Shown: positions 1-9,454 of the stretch, in pieces
How positions within the stretch are numbered: the first letter of the stretch is position 1
Layout of the letters: each line of letters begins with the position of its first letter
NCBI GenBank assembly: GCA_902802365.1
Contig: CADCLZ010000002.1
Span: 1-50,973, forward strand
Direction: 5' to 3'
Source: an uncultured Erysipelotrichaceae bacterium
Lineage (GTDB): Bacteria; Bacillota_I; Bacilli_A; RFN20; CAG-826
Length of the DNA stretch: 50,973 nucleotides
Notes under the pieces: model-generated
The model's input: the letters and a program-made list of their open reading frames with translations, nothing else
Told to the model about the DNA's origin: nothing
Databases searched by the model: none
Program-made: the position numbers and the translations under genes

Positions 1-1358
1 TCATCTAATAAATGAGAGATCTCTTCGTTTGATTCGACCGAGGTGGTGCCGATCAAGATCGGCTGACCTTTCTCATGACGTTCTTTGATCTCTTTGATCA
101 AGGCGTTGAGTTTGGCTTGCTTGGTGCCGAAGATGAAGTCAACCGCGTCTTCGCGGATGACCGGGCGGTTCGTCGGGATGACGATGACGCGCATGTTGTA
201 GATCTTCTCGAATTCTTCTTCTTCGGTCTTGGCCGTACCGGTCATGCCGGAGCACTTCTTATAAAGGCGGAAGAAGTTCTGATAGGTGATCGTGGCCAAG
301 ACGGTGGTTTCCTGTTTGATCTCCACGCCTTCTTTGGCTTGGATGGCTTGCTGGAGGCCGTCATTATATTCGCGGCCCTTCATGATACGGCCGGTGAACT
401 GGTCGATTAATTGGATGGTCCGTTCGGCATCGACCATGTATTCGACGTCGCGGGACATGATGTAATTGGCTTTAAGGGCCTGGTGGATACGGTGAACGAG
501 GTCCTGGTTCTCAGGATCGTAGAGGTTGCGGATACCGAACATCCTTTCGGCGCGTTTGCTGCCTTCATCGGTGAGCGAGCAAGACTTTGTCTTGATATCG
601 ATCGTGAAGTCGCGTTCCTTCTTGAGGGTTTTGACGAAGCGGTCGGCAACCTGATAAGCGCTTGCCGCGGTGCGGGCGCCGCCGGAAATGATAAGCGGGG
701 TACGGGATTCGTCGATCAAGATCGAGTCGGCTTCGTCGACGACGCAGAACTTCAAGCCACGGAGGACGCGGCCGGAAAGCGACGGGGCCATGTTGTCGCG
801 GAGGTAGTCGAAGCCAAGTTCGGAGTTGGTCGTGTAGGTGATGTCGCAAAGATAAGCTTCACGCTTTTCCCGCGCGGTTTTGGAAGCGAGGTTGACGCCG
901 ACGGTTAAGCCGAGGAAGCGGTAGACTTCGCCCATCCACTCGGCGTCACGGGCGGCGAGGTATTCGTTGACGGTGACGACGTGGACGCCTTCGCCCTTAA
1001 GGGCGTTGAGGTAAACCGCCATGGTAGCGGTCAAGGTTTTACCTTCGCCGGTCCTCATCTCGGCGATGAAGCCTTTGTCTAAAACCAAGGAGCCGATGAT
1101 CTGAACCTTGTATGGGAACTGGTGCAAGGTGCGACGCGCACCTTCACGCGCGACAGCGAAGGCTTCGTATTTGATGTCTTCGGTCGTGACTTTGCCTTCC
1201 TTTAATTGCTCTTGGAAGAACTTGGTCTTTCCCCGGAGCTCATCATCGGAAAGCTTTTTCATGTCTTCTTCGTAAGCGATAACCCGGTCGGCCTCGTGGG
1301 CAAACCGGTTCAACTCGCGTTTTTCAAAGTGGAATATTTTTTCAAAGATATTGGCCAT
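1..1358 (-). CDS. secA: Preprotein translocase ATPase SecA, N-terminal part (gene runs off the left edge)
   Basis: Edge-truncated minus ORF, absent from the ORF track. My translation from the ATG at 1358 reads [19 protein letters not shown]...[58 protein letters not shown]. This is the SecA motor domain with the Walker A motif [12 protein letters not shown] lies 7 nt upstream of the ATG. Confidence 0.93.
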   Translation of the reverse strand, partial: MANIFEKIFHFEKRELNRFAHEADRVIAYEEDMKKLSDDELRGKTKFFQEQLKEGKVTTEDIKYEAFAVAREGARRTLHQFPYKVQIIGSLVLDKGFIAEMRTGEGKTLTATMAVYLNALKGEGVHVVTVNEYLAARDAEWMGEVYRFLGLTVGVNLASKTAREKREAYLCDITYTTNSELGFDYLRDNMAPSLSGRVLRGLKFCVVDEADSILIDESRTPLIISGGARTAASAYQVADRFVKTLKKERDFTIDIKTKSCSLTDEGSKRAERMFGIRNLYDPENQDLVHRIHQALKANYIMSRDVEYMVDAERTIQLIDQFTGRIMKGREYNDGLQQAIQAKEGVEIKQETTVLATITYQNFFRLYKKCSGMTGTAKTEEEEFEKIYNMRVIVIPTNRPVIREDAVDFIFGTKQAKLNALIKEIKERHEKGQPILIGTTSVESNEEISHLLD

Positions 1359-1380
1359 GAGATCTCCTAAAATCTGGTAA

Positions 1381-1409
1381 ATCATACCATTTCAAGAAAT
1401 GGTAGGCAA
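1381..1409 (-). promoter_or_regulatory. Putative sigmaA promoter of secA (TTGCCT-17 nt-TATGAT with an upstream TG)
   Basis: Read on the minus strand: TTGCCTaccatttcttgaaaTGgTATGAT, followed by a 22 nt leader containing AGGAG and then the ATG. Confidence 0.5.
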
Positions 1410-1435
1410 CGAAGGGAAGAACCCAACGCGATTTT

Positions 1436-2140
1436 TTAGCCCCTATGGGGCTTTTTTGGCGGGTCCAATGTCTTGCTCATCACCAGAATTTCCAGCTTCT
1501 TCGGATGGCGTTTTTGGAGCAGGCGGAGACAGGCTTTCATCGTCGCTCCTGTCGTGAAAACATCGTCAACCAGCAGGAGTTTTCGGCCAGAAAGGCTTTT
1601 TGGTCCCACATAAAAGATGCGTTTCCCAACCTCCTGCCTCTGGGCATAATCCAACTCGGTTTGCTTGGTATCGCAGTTCTTCTTAAACGCCATCAGGATC
1701 GGAAGCCCCAAACTCGCGAACATCGCCTGCACGTGGTTGAACCCACGCGTTTGGTTATGGGCATCGCTTGAAGGCGCAGGTATGACGGTATATCCATGGA
1801 ACCTCATCCGAAGGAACGGGGCGGGGTAAGACAAAAAGGCGTCTTTTAGTTCGTAATCAAAGCAACCTTTGAATTGGAAAAGCAAGGAGCGGATCTTCTC
1901 TTCGTAGGGATAGATTGCGGTCGCTTGAACTCCAAGGACCTTAAAACGAAAGAACTGAGGCTTCATTTCCTCATAGCAGCGGCGGCAGATCGGGACATTC
2001 TCCCCTAAAAGAGGCCGCCAGCTATTTCCGCGAATGCTTTCGAAGCACACCCGGCAAAAAAGCGTTGGAGCGCTTGATGCTTTTGATGGCCTTTTCCATG
2101 GAAGGCGTTTTCTTATCTGCGAGAAAAATGACGTCGCCAT
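1436..2140 (-). CDS. comFC: ComF family phosphoribosyltransferase-fold competence protein (ComFC)
   Basis: N-terminal double CxxC (CRVC...CRRC) and a C-terminal PRTase motif LLLVDDVFTTGAT. It lies directly after comFA. The start is uncertain: ATG at 2140 or GTG at 2149. Either start overlaps the comFA 3' end by about 120 nt. Confidence 0.8.
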   Translation of the reverse strand: MATSFFSQIRKRLPWKRPSKASSAPTLFCRVCFESIRGNSWRPLLGENVPICRRCYEEMKPQFFRFKVLGVQATAIYPYEEKIRSLLFQFKGCFDYELKDAFLSYPAPFLRMRFHGYTVIPAPSSDAHNQTRGFNHVQAMFASLGLPILMAFKKNCDTKQTELDYAQRQEVGKRIFYVGPKSLSGRKLLLVDDVFTTGATMKACLRLLQKRHPKKLEILVMSKTLDPPKKPHRG

Positions 2141-3197
2141 CGGTGGCACCTACCTTTCTTCCGACTCGGCCGGATATTTGAATGAGCGCTGCGGAATCAT
2201 AGATCTTCGAATCCGCACCAAACACAATGACCTGAATATCTTTCACGGTGACCCCGCGTTCTAAGACCGCGGTTGTGATGAGATAGGAGTACTTCCCTTT
2301 TCGAAACGCCTCGATGATCTCCGCCCGTTTTGCCCTTTTGCTCGAAACAAAGTTTCCCCGCATCAAAAAGAGGGAAACAAAGTGAAATAGGGATCTGGCT
2401 TTGGCCACGGTCGGGACGAAAACAAAGCAAGGTTTGCCCTTTTTTCGATATTCGTTTAATCGTTTTAGAAGGGAAAAATATTTGATAAACAAAGGGGCGA
2501 TCGAAACTTTTGGGACCGGAATCGGTTTTCCATGGAAACGCGTATGGAGCTCGAGAATCGCATGACCTTTTTGGGAGAATTCTTTGCGGATCTTCGCGCT
2601 TGGGGTTGCGCTCATCATGACGCAATGTCCGCGCAACGAGCGCCGAAAAAGCGAAACCAGGACATCGCTTCCCTTAAAAGGGAACGCATCGATCTCATCC
2701 ATAACCAATAAATCAAAGTATTTGGGGTAACGATATAGCTGATGGGTCGTCAAAATGATGATGTCCCCGACTTTTTCCTCGGTGTGGCCGCCATAAACCG
2801 CCACCACCTTGTTATGCGGGAAAGCCGCCTTCAATCGCCAATAAAGCTCGACAACGACATCGCGCCTAGGCAAAGCAAAGCCCACGTGAAGGCCTTTTGC
2901 CACGCATTCCCCGATGATTCCATAACTGATTTCCGTCTTTCCCGAACCACAAACCGCATAAACCAGAGTATCGATGCCGTTTCGATAGTTCTCGATGACC
3001 CCATCGGAAATGGCTTTTTGCTCCGGAGAAAGCGAATATTTCAAATCCAAGATGACGTTTTTCGGTCTTAGGGGCGAATCTTCGGCCTCATCCCCACGAA
3101 AAGAAATGCACCGCCGGCAATATGGCTTTCCTTTCAGGTATCCGATGTACTGCGGATCCTGATTTCCGCAGGTTGGGCAAACAAAAGAAACACTCAC
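2022..3197 (-). CDS. comFA: ComFA-like DEAD/DEAH-box helicase (competence DNA-uptake ATPase)
   Basis: N-terminal zinc finger CPTCG...CRRC, Walker A AVCGSGKT, DEAD-like box LLVMDEID, and the helicase C-terminal motif QISGRVGR. The start codon at 3197 is GTG with no clear SD. Confidence 0.82.
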   Translation of the reverse strand: MSVSFVCPTCGNQDPQYIGYLKGKPYCRRCISFRGDEAEDSPLRPKNVILDLKYSLSPEQKAISDGVIENYRNGIDTLVYAVCGSGKTEISYGIIGECVAKGLHVGFALPRRDVVVELYWRLKAAFPHNKVVAVYGGHTEEKVGDIIILTTHQLYRYPKYFDLLVMDEIDAFPFKGSDVLVSLFRRSLRGHCVMMSATPSAKIRKEFSQKGHAILELHTRFHGKPIPVPKVSIAPLFIKYFSLLKRLNEYRKKGKPCFVFVPTVAKARSLFHFVSLFLMRGNFVSSKRAKRAEIIEAFRKGKYSYLITTAVLERGVTVKDIQVIVFGADSKIYDSAALIQISGRVGRKVGATDGDVIFLADKKTPSMEKAIKSIKRSNAFLPGVLRKHSRK

Positions 3198-3221
3198 ATT
3201 AAGATATAGTCAGCAAACGCA

Positions 3222-3254
3222 AAAAACGGGCAAAAAAAGCGCCGACTTTTTTGG
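3222..3254 (-). terminator. Rho-independent terminator after rpiB
   Basis: AGCGCC/GGCGCT stem flanked by an A-run and a T-run (aaaaaaagcgccgacttttttggcgcttttt). On the minus strand the hairpin is followed by TTTTTTT. Confidence 0.65.
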
Positions 3255-3275
3255 CGCTTTTTGTTTTGGATTGGC

Positions 3276-3722
3276 TCAACGACCGAGTTTTTCGATCTCC
3301 ATGATTTCGTCGACACGCCGCTTATGACGCCCGCCTTCGAAAGGTGTGTTCAAAAAGATATCAACCCGCCTGATCACATCTTCCTCCGCCATATATCCTT
3401 GGCCGAAAGCAATCATATTGCAGTCATTATGCTCGCGCATTTTCGCCGAAACTTCATCGGTATAACCAATCCCGCACCGGATGCCTTTCACCTTGTTCGC
3501 GGTGATGGCTACGCCTTCCGCCGAGGTGCAGCAGACAATGCCGAAATCCGCGCGGTTTTCCGCAACGTCATCCGCGGTTTTCCTCGCAAAAAGTGGATAA
3601 TCGACCGAGCTTTTGTCAAACGGCCCTTGATTGATTACTTCATGGCCGAGGCTTTTTAAATGCTCGGCGATCTTCTCTTTTAGATCGTATCCGCCATGAT
3701 CGGAAGCAATTGAGATCTTCAT
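3276..3722 (-). CDS. rpiB: Ribose-5-phosphate isomerase B (RpiB/LacAB family)
   Basis: MKISIASDHGGYDLKEKI...CCTSAEGVAITANK is a typical RpiB N-terminus and active-site region. TAAATG junction with tsaC; GGGAGGG SD. Confidence 0.9.
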   Translation of the reverse strand: MKISIASDHGGYDLKEKIAEHLKSLGHEVINQGPFDKSSVDYPLFARKTADDVAENRADFGIVCCTSAEGVAITANKVKGIRCGIGYTDEVSAKMREHNDCNMIAFGQGYMAEEDVIRRVDIFLNTPFEGGRHKRRVDEIMEIEKLGR

Positions 3723-4340
3723 TTACTTTCCCTCCCAAACTTTTTGGATTTCTTCGAATGGAATTGGTCCTTGTCTGACCAACGAAATCTGGTTTTCCGA
3801 GACAATGTTCACAATAGTGGAAGCCGTTTTCGAAACGCAATTTCCCTTCACGATCGCAAACACTTCCTCGCCAAAGATTTTCTGCGTTTCTTCAAAAGAA
3901 GTCGAGGTCGGCTCTCCCGAATGATTGGCGGACGTAACCAGTAGCGGTGCCCCCACTTTCTCAATCAATCGGAGAATGAACGGCATCGCGGGGATCCTGA
4001 CCCCAAGGACCGGTGTACCTAAAGTCACCCATTTAGGAAGTCCCTCTTTCGCTTTTCCCAAGACGGTGATCTCCCCGGGCATGAAGGTTTCCATAACACG
4101 TTTTCCTTTTTCGCCAACCTCAAGATAGTGGCTCGCCTGTTCTAAAGAGGCAACCATCATGGAAAAAGGTTTTTCTGGCGACCTTCTTTTGGCGGCGACA
4201 AGCTTATCAAAAGCCGCTTTTTGGGTGGCGATCACGCCAATCCCGTAAACCGTTTCGGTCGGAAAGCAAATCACTTCGCCGGCCAATAAGGCTTCCGCGG
4301 CCAAATCGAGATCTTTTTCTTCCCAAATCAATGCTTTCAT
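3723..4340 (-). CDS. tsaC: L-threonylcarbamoyladenylate synthase, YrdC-domain only (TsaC type)
   Basis: The segment ICFPTETVYGIG...LLVTSANHSGEP is the YrdC/Sua5 signature. At 205 aa it has no Sua5 C-terminal domain. Confidence 0.85.
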   Translation of the reverse strand: MKALIWEEKDLDLAAEALLAGEVICFPTETVYGIGVIATQKAAFDKLVAAKRRSPEKPFSMMVASLEQASHYLEVGEKGKRVMETFMPGEITVLGKAKEGLPKWVTLGTPVLGVRIPAMPFILRLIEKVGAPLLVTSANHSGEPTSTSFEETQKIFGEEVFAIVKGNCVSKTASTIVNIVSENQISLVRQGPIPFEEIQKVWEGK

Positions 4341-5182
4341 TTCAAATAAACGAAGAGGAAGCGGAGCCTTTCGTCCAAATCCTCCATAAATTCGTATTCG
4401 TAATCGACCAGATATTTCTTCATCAGGCCTTCCAGGTACTCTTTTAGGTCATACCCGATTTCAAGCGCCATGAACAATGCGCCTTTTTTCACTTTCTTCA
4501 CGTCGCGGAAGATCGCTTCATAAACCGAATGCTCTTTATCGAGATATAAGGCGGAATCTGGTTCGAAATCCTTCACCGAATCCTGGACTTCATCATGGTT
4601 AAGGATATAAGGCGGGTTGCTCACGATGATGTCCAGATTCATCTTCGCTTCGATATATGGCTCCAAGGCAGAACCTTCGAGAAGGTTGACATTCACGCCG
4701 GCATTATTGAAATTGATCTTCGCGACTTCCAAAGCGCCTTTGGAGATGTCGCTCGCGGAAAGCAGCCAGTTCGGGAAGAAGCGTTTCAACGCCAAGGCGA
4801 TGCATCCGCTCCCGGTCCCGATATCCGCCGCCACCAAATAGTTCCGGGGATCGAAATAAGCGGAAATGACTTCGGTGATCTTCGAAACGAGTTCCATGGT
4901 CTCTTGGCGCGGGATCAAAACCCGTTCATCGACATAGAGTTTCTGACCCAAAAAGTCAGCTTGATGGATCACATATTCAACCGGTTCGTTGTTCTTCAGC
5001 TTCTCGAAGCCTTCTTTGAAGGCTTTAAGATCTTTGATTTCGTCTTCGCCATGAATCACGACGTCGATCGGCTCCGCATAGCCCTGAAGATACGCCAAAA
5101 GCGCACGGATATCCTGAGACGGGACATCAAAGCCTTTGGCTTCGGATACGGCTTGCTGATAAACCTCTTTGACGTTAGGCAT
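4337..5182 (-). CDS. prmC: Release-factor glutamine N5-methyltransferase PrmC/HemK
   Basis: SAM motif DIGTGSGCIA and catalytic IVSNPPYI. Start taken at ATG 5182 (MPNVKEVY), which overlaps the prfA stop by 8 nt. The longer track ORF from 5242 would run inside prfA. Confidence 0.88.
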   Translation of the reverse strand: MPNVKEVYQQAVSEAKGFDVPSQDIRALLAYLQGYAEPIDVVIHGEDEIKDLKAFKEGFEKLKNNEPVEYVIHQADFLGQKLYVDERVLIPRQETMELVSKITEVISAYFDPRNYLVAADIGTGSGCIALALKRFFPNWLLSASDISKGALEVAKINFNNAGVNVNLLEGSALEPYIEAKMNLDIIVSNPPYILNHDEVQDSVKDFEPDSALYLDKEHSVYEAIFRDVKKVKKGALFMALEIGYDLKEYLEGLMKKYLVDYEYEFMEDLDERLRFLFVYLK

Positions 5183-6257
5183 TCTCGGCCTCCAGCATCT
5201 TCTGCTCTTCATCGAAATGGATGAGGGCGGCAACGATCTCATCGAGATCCCCTTCCATCACTCGGTCAAGCTTTTGGATCGTGAAGCCGATGCGATGATC
5301 GGTCACGCGGTTTTGCGGATAGTTATAGGTGCGGATTTTCTCTGAACGCTCGCCGGTGCCGACCTTAAGCTTGCGCTCGGTGGCGCGTTTTTGATCTTCC
5401 GCCTCCTGAAAATGGGCAAAAACCTTAGCGCGGATCATCTGCATCGCGATTTCTTTGTTCTGAAGTTGGGCTTTCTCGGTTTGGCAGGCGACCACAATAC
5501 CCGTGGGAATGTGGGTAATGCGGACGGCGGATTCAGTCTTGTTGACATTTTGGCCGCCGGCACCCTGCGAATGATAGGTATCGATCTTTAGATCGGAAGG
5601 ATTGATTTGGACATCGACTTCCTCAGCTTCAGGCATCACCAAAACCGTCGCGGTGGAGGTATGAATACGGCCAGAGGCCTCAGTCTTTGGGACGCGTTGG
5701 ACGCGGTGAGCGCCCGATTCGAATTTGAGTTTGGAATAAACCATATCGCCTTTGATCATGAAGGAGATCGAGCTGTAGCCGCCTGAAGGTCCTTCGGAAG
5801 CATCGAGCAATTTGGTCTTCCAGCCTTGTTTGTCGGCGTAACGGAAATACATCCTGGCCAAATCGCCAGCGAAGATATCGGCTTCATCGCCGCCGACCGC
5901 GCCGCGGATTTCGACGATAATGTTTTTGTCGTCATTGGGGTCCTTCGGAAGCAAAAGGATGCGGAGCTCCTGTTCAAGGGTCTCCATTTCGCTTAAGGCC
6001 GCCCGGCGTTCTTCTTTGGCGAAATCCGCCAATTCCGAATCGTCGGAATCCGCCATCGCCAAAGCGTCTTCGGCATCGCGTTCCTTTTTAAGGAACGTTT
6101 GAAACTTTTCCACGGCTTCGCCCATCCCCGCCCGCTCTTTGGTGAGCTTGGTGAGCTTTTGAATGTCGCTTCCGACATCGGGAGAAGAAAGCTCTTCTTC
6201 GATGGCGTTGTAGCGGTCTAGCATCGCCTCTAGGCGTTTGCGCATGCTTTCTTCCAT
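5175..6257 (-). CDS. prfA: Peptide chain release factor 1
   Basis: GGQ motif (HSQGAGGQNVNKTESAVRITHIPTG) and the RF1-type tripeptide context RVQRVPKTE. SD GAGGG upstream; TGaTATAAT promoter-like box at 6277-6285. Confidence 0.95.
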   Translation of the reverse strand: MEESMRKRLEAMLDRYNAIEEELSSPDVGSDIQKLTKLTKERAGMGEAVEKFQTFLKKERDAEDALAMADSDDSELADFAKEERRAALSEMETLEQELRILLLPKDPNDDKNIIVEIRGAVGGDEADIFAGDLARMYFRYADKQGWKTKLLDASEGPSGGYSSISFMIKGDMVYSKLKFESGAHRVQRVPKTEASGRIHTSTATVLVMPEAEEVDVQINPSDLKIDTYHSQGAGGQNVNKTESAVRITHIPTGIVVACQTEKAQLQNKEIAMQMIRAKVFAHFQEAEDQKRATERKLKVGTGERSEKIRTYNYPQNRVTDHRIGFTIQKLDRVMEGDLDEIVAALIHFDEEQKMLEAENA

Positions 6258-6375
6258 AGTTTTCCCTCGCGAAGCGATTATATCATTTTCGCCCCCTTCT
6301 CACTTCAGAAAGTGCATAGCTGGGCAAAACTTGAAAATAGCCGAGGTTTTGACTATTCTCGAAACTGGTCTTCCT

Positions 6376-7296
6376 ATGGAATGGTATTGGATTCTCTTAA
6401 TCGTCCTAGCCGGCCTTTTCGGTTTGGCCCTTTTGCTGACGCTCGGCATTTCGATCGGCTTGATCCATTACCTTTCCTATCCCAAGCATTATGAAGCCGC
6501 CTACTGCAACGAAAGCGACGTCAAAAAAGGGCTGATCCAGGATCAAAGCATCTTTAAACGCGAGCCGCTGAACCTCACGATGCGCGATGGTTATGTGATT
6601 CACGGGGATTATATCCCCGCAGAGAACTCAAAGGGGCTTATTATCTTCACCCACGGCTACACTTGGTGCCGAGAAGGCGACCTTAAATACGTCGAGATGA
6701 CGTTGCCTCTTGGCTATGATGCCTACATCTATGATGACCGCGGCCACGGGGAGAATAAGCGCGTCGCTTCCACGATGGGTTATAAAGAGTCGAAGGACCT
6801 CCAGGAAATCATCTCCTATTTCCGAAAGAAGCGCGGCGAAGACGCGATCATCGGCCTTCTGGGCGAATCGATGGGCGCGGCGACTACTCTGGAGGTCCTT
6901 AAATACAAAGAAAAGATCGCTTTCGTCATGGAAGATAGCGGTTATTCTTCTTTGAAAACCGAATTGGAGTTCCAGCTAAGAAAATGGCCGATTCTTCAAA
7001 AGCTTTTGCCGCTTTGCGATCTCTTCTTGAGACTTGCTCACGGCTATTCTATGAGGGGCGTTGATGCGTTATTGGCCGAAAAAGACTACCACGGCCCCCT
7101 TCTAATCATGCATGGAGAGGCGGACACTTTCGTCTCCCCGGAATGCGCGAAAAAGATCGCCGCGGGCCATGATGGCTATCATGAAATCCATTTTTACCCC
7201 GGTTGCGACCATACCTTGGCCCCAGGGATCCTGAATAAGGAATACACCGCCGACCTTCAGGCGTTCCTCAAGAAGATCGAACCCAGCCTCAAATAA
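6376..7296 (+). CDS. Membrane-anchored alpha/beta-fold hydrolase
   Basis: N-terminal TM helix (MEWYWILLIVLAGLFGLALLL), nucleophile elbow GESMG, and late HGEAD...CDH residues. Start set at ATG 6376. TTGAAA-17 nt-TATTCT at 6331-6359. Confidence 0.7.
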   Translation: MEWYWILLIVLAGLFGLALLLTLGISIGLIHYLSYPKHYEAAYCNESDVKKGLIQDQSIFKREPLNLTMRDGYVIHGDYIPAENSKGLIIFTHGYTWCREGDLKYVEMTLPLGYDAYIYDDRGHGENKRVASTMGYKESKDLQEIISYFRKKRGEDAIIGLLGESMGAATTLEVLKYKEKIAFVMEDSGYSSLKTELEFQLRKWPILQKLLPLCDLFLRLAHGYSMRGVDALLAEKDYHGPLLIMHGEADTFVSPECAKKIAAGHDGYHEIHFYPGCDHTLAPGILNKEYTADLQAFLKKIEPSLK

Positions 7297-7314
7297 GCGC
7301 GCTCACCTATAGAG

Positions 7315-7341
7315 GTCTTGGCTCGCCAAGACGGATTTTTT
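7315..7341 (+). terminator. Rho-independent terminator after the hydrolase gene
   Basis: gtcttgg-ctcg-ccaagac stem-loop followed by ggaTTTTTT. Confidence 0.75.
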
Positions 7342-7412
7342 CACGCTTCTTGCTCTAATCTTTGATTAGCGATGGAAGGAAGGGGCCATCAAAGGTATAA
7401 TCTTTTTAGTTT

Positions 7413-9149
7413 ATGGCTTACCGAGCACTTTATAACAAATACCGTCCGCAGACCTTCGAAGAAGTCGTTGGCCAAGCTGGCATCGTCCGAACCCTCGAAA
7501 ACGCGATCAAAACCGGGAAGATCGCCCATGCTTATCTTTTTTCCGGCCCGCGCGGGACCGGCAAAACCACGATGGCCAGGCTTTTCGCCAAAGCCCTCAA
7601 TTGCGAGCATGGCATCGGCGAGCAATGCAACGATTGCTCCAACTGCCGCGCGATTACCGAAGGTAACCATCCTGACGTCATTGAAATCGACGCGGCTTCT
7701 AATAACGGCGTGGACCAGGTCCGTGACTTAATCGACAAAGTCCGTTATGCCCCGATCAAGGGTCGATTCAAGGTCTACATCATCGACGAAGTCCACATGA
7801 TGAGCCAAGGCGCTTTTAACGCCCTCCTCAAGACGTTGGAAGAACCGCCGGAGCAAGTCATCTTCATCCTCGCAACCACCGAACCATACAAAATCCTCCC
7901 GACCATCCTTTCCCGTTGCCAGAGATTCGACTTCTCGAAGATCGATGACCTCGATTTAAAAAATCGTTTGTTCAAGGTCCTGGAAGAAGAAGGCGTGGAT
8001 TTCGAAGAAAAGGCGGTCGATGAAATCGTCGCCCTTTCCGATGGCGGCATGCGCGACGCCCTCTCGATTCTGGAGCAGGTCCTCGCTTATAGCGGAACCA
8101 AATTGGAGCAAGCCGACGTCCTAACCTTGTTTGGTTTGGCCTCCAATGCCCAGAAGATCGACCTTCTGAAATTGGTGAAAGCCGGCGATGTCTCCGGCGT
8201 CCTTTCTAAGCTCGAGGAGTTCTTAGCAGGCGGCATCGACATCAAACGCTTGAACAGCAATTTGCTCGATATTCTGAAAGACCTTTTGATTTATCAAAAG
8301 ACCGGCGATGCTTGGCTGATTTCGGCGATCGACGAAGAGGAGGCCAATGAGCTTTCCGAAACCATCGATTCCCGCGCCGCATCTAAGATGATCGCCGTGC
8401 TTTTGAAGGCGCAGTCCGAGTTCCGCAACGTCAATAACGTCCGCTCCCTGTTTGAACTCACCTTGTTGCAGCTTTGCTCGCTTGAGGAGACCGAGCCCGC
8501 CGCGCAGCAAGTGGTCGTTCAAGCCGCGCCCTCTCCGCGCCAGGCGCCCGTTCAGACCCAACCGCAGGTGCAACCTGTCCCCGCGCCCAAACCCGCTGCG
8601 CCTACGGCCGCGGACGTCCCGCAATTCGTAAGCGAGCAAATGCCAAAGCCACAGCCCAAACCCGAGCCGGAACCTGAACCCGAGCCTTCCGTCGATATCA
8701 GCCAGATCGAAAAAGCGGACATCATCAATGAAGGCGATTCCTATTCCCTCGAAGATCAGCAAGTCATCAATATCCTTGTCCTTGGCAAAGATAACCGCGA
8801 TGAACGGCGGGAACTCACAAAGCGCTGGAAGCAGATCGAAGATCTAAAAGGCCATCCGGTTGTCGGGAACCTCGCCACCTTGCTCTCCGATGGCCACCCC
8901 TTCTGCCTCTGCAAAGAAGTCCTGCTCCTCACCTATAACTTCACGAGGCTTAAGAACAAAGCCAACATCAAGAGCAATCAGCCAGCCATCGCCAAGATGG
9001 TGGAGCAATTGCTCGGCCGCAAGGTGTTCGTCTATGCTTTGGACCGCTTGGACTGCAACAAGTACTACATGACCTTCTCGAACCTTGAGCAGCTGAATAA
9101 GCTGCCGCATAAAAACGACATCGAATTGAAACTTCCAAAAGGAGAATAA
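7413..9149 (+). CDS. dnaX: DNA polymerase III subunit gamma/tau
   Basis: MAYRALYNKYRPQTFEEVVGQ, Walker A GPRGTGKTT, IIDEVHM, and SRCQRF. It has a Pro/Gln/Glu-rich linker (PKPQPKPEPEPEPEPS). TATAAT at 7396-7401 is only 11 nt from the ATG, with no SD. Confidence 0.95.
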   Translation: MAYRALYNKYRPQTFEEVVGQAGIVRTLENAIKTGKIAHAYLFSGPRGTGKTTMARLFAKALNCEHGIGEQCNDCSNCRAITEGNHPDVIEIDAASNNGVDQVRDLIDKVRYAPIKGRFKVYIIDEVHMMSQGAFNALLKTLEEPPEQVIFILATTEPYKILPTILSRCQRFDFSKIDDLDLKNRLFKVLEEEGVDFEEKAVDEIVALSDGGMRDALSILEQVLAYSGTKLEQADVLTLFGLASNAQKIDLLKLVKAGDVSGVLSKLEEFLAGGIDIKRLNSNLLDILKDLLIYQKTGDAWLISAIDEEEANELSETIDSRAASKMIAVLLKAQSEFRNVNNVRSLFELTLLQLCSLEETEPAAQQVVVQAAPSPRQAPVQTQPQVQPVPAPKPAAPTAADVPQFVSEQMPKPQPKPEPEPEPEPSVDISQIEKADIINEGDSYSLEDQQVINILVLGKDNRDERRELTKRWKQIEDLKGHPVVGNLATLLSDGHPFCLCKEVLLLTYNFTRLKNKANIKSNQPAIAKMVEQLLGRKVFVYALDRLDCNKYYMTFSNLEQLNKLPHKNDIELKLPKGE

Positions 9150-9151
9150 AC

Positions 9152-9454
9152 ATGAATCAGATGCAACAAATGCTCATGCAAGCCCAGAAGATGCAGCGTG
9201 AGCTCCAAAAGGCCCAAGCGGCGTTGGCGGAGAAAGAATTCAAATTCAGCAAGAACGGCATGGTCGAAGTGACCGTCCTCGGCTCGATGGAGATCAAGGA
9301 AATCAAAATCGACAAGGATGCCCTCGATCCCGAGAATGCGGAGATGCTCGAAGAGGCGATCCGCTTGGCGATCAATGAAGCCTCCGCGACCATCGCCGAG
9401 GAAAAGGCCAAAATCGAAGAGCAAATCACCGGCAGCAGCCGCGGACTATTCTGA
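9152..9454 (+). CDS. ybaB: YbaB/EbfC nucleoid-associated DNA-binding protein
   Basis: A 100-aa protein starting MNQMQQMLMQAQKMQRELQKAQ..., conserved in position between dnaX and recR. Confidence 0.9.
   Translation: MNQMQQMLMQAQKMQRELQKAQAALAEKEFKFSKNGMVEVTVLGSMEIKEIKIDKDALDPENAEMLEEAIRLAINEASATIAEEKAKIEEQITGSSRGLF

Noticed and set aside
75-908. Plus-strand ORFs 75-410 and 411-908 at the left edge.
   Set aside because: They are antisense to the clearly recognisable secA coding sequence, which is edge-truncated and so missing from the track. Their translations are low-complexity and D/R/G-rich.
1431-1459. A perfect terminator-like hairpin, attttttAGCCCCtatGGGGCTtttttgg, at the comFC 3' end.
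   Set aside because: The U-tract follows the hairpin only on the plus strand, where no upstream gene exists. On the minus strand it is followed by an A-run, and most of it lies inside the last comFC codons (KKPHRG*). It may only block antisense transcription, so it is not called as a feature.
4560-4571. ggttcgaaatcc, resembling a tRNA T-arm (GGTTCGAATCC).
   Set aside because: It lies inside prmC coding sequence. There is no acceptor-stem complementarity, no D-arm or anticodon arm around it, and the match is imperfect.
7297-7412. I expected an SRP (4.5S/scRNA) gene upstream of dnaX, as in Bacillus.
   Set aside because: The 116-nt spacer is occupied by a terminator hairpin and a TATAAT box. 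No long SRP-like helix or GNAR tetraloop motif is visible.
7413-9149. A possible dnaX programmed -1 frameshift site (A AAA AAG) producing gamma.
   Set aside because: No A-AAA-AAG heptamer is present. The only A-run (tttaaaaaatcg near 7955) lies in the N-terminal ATPase part and lacks a downstream hairpin.
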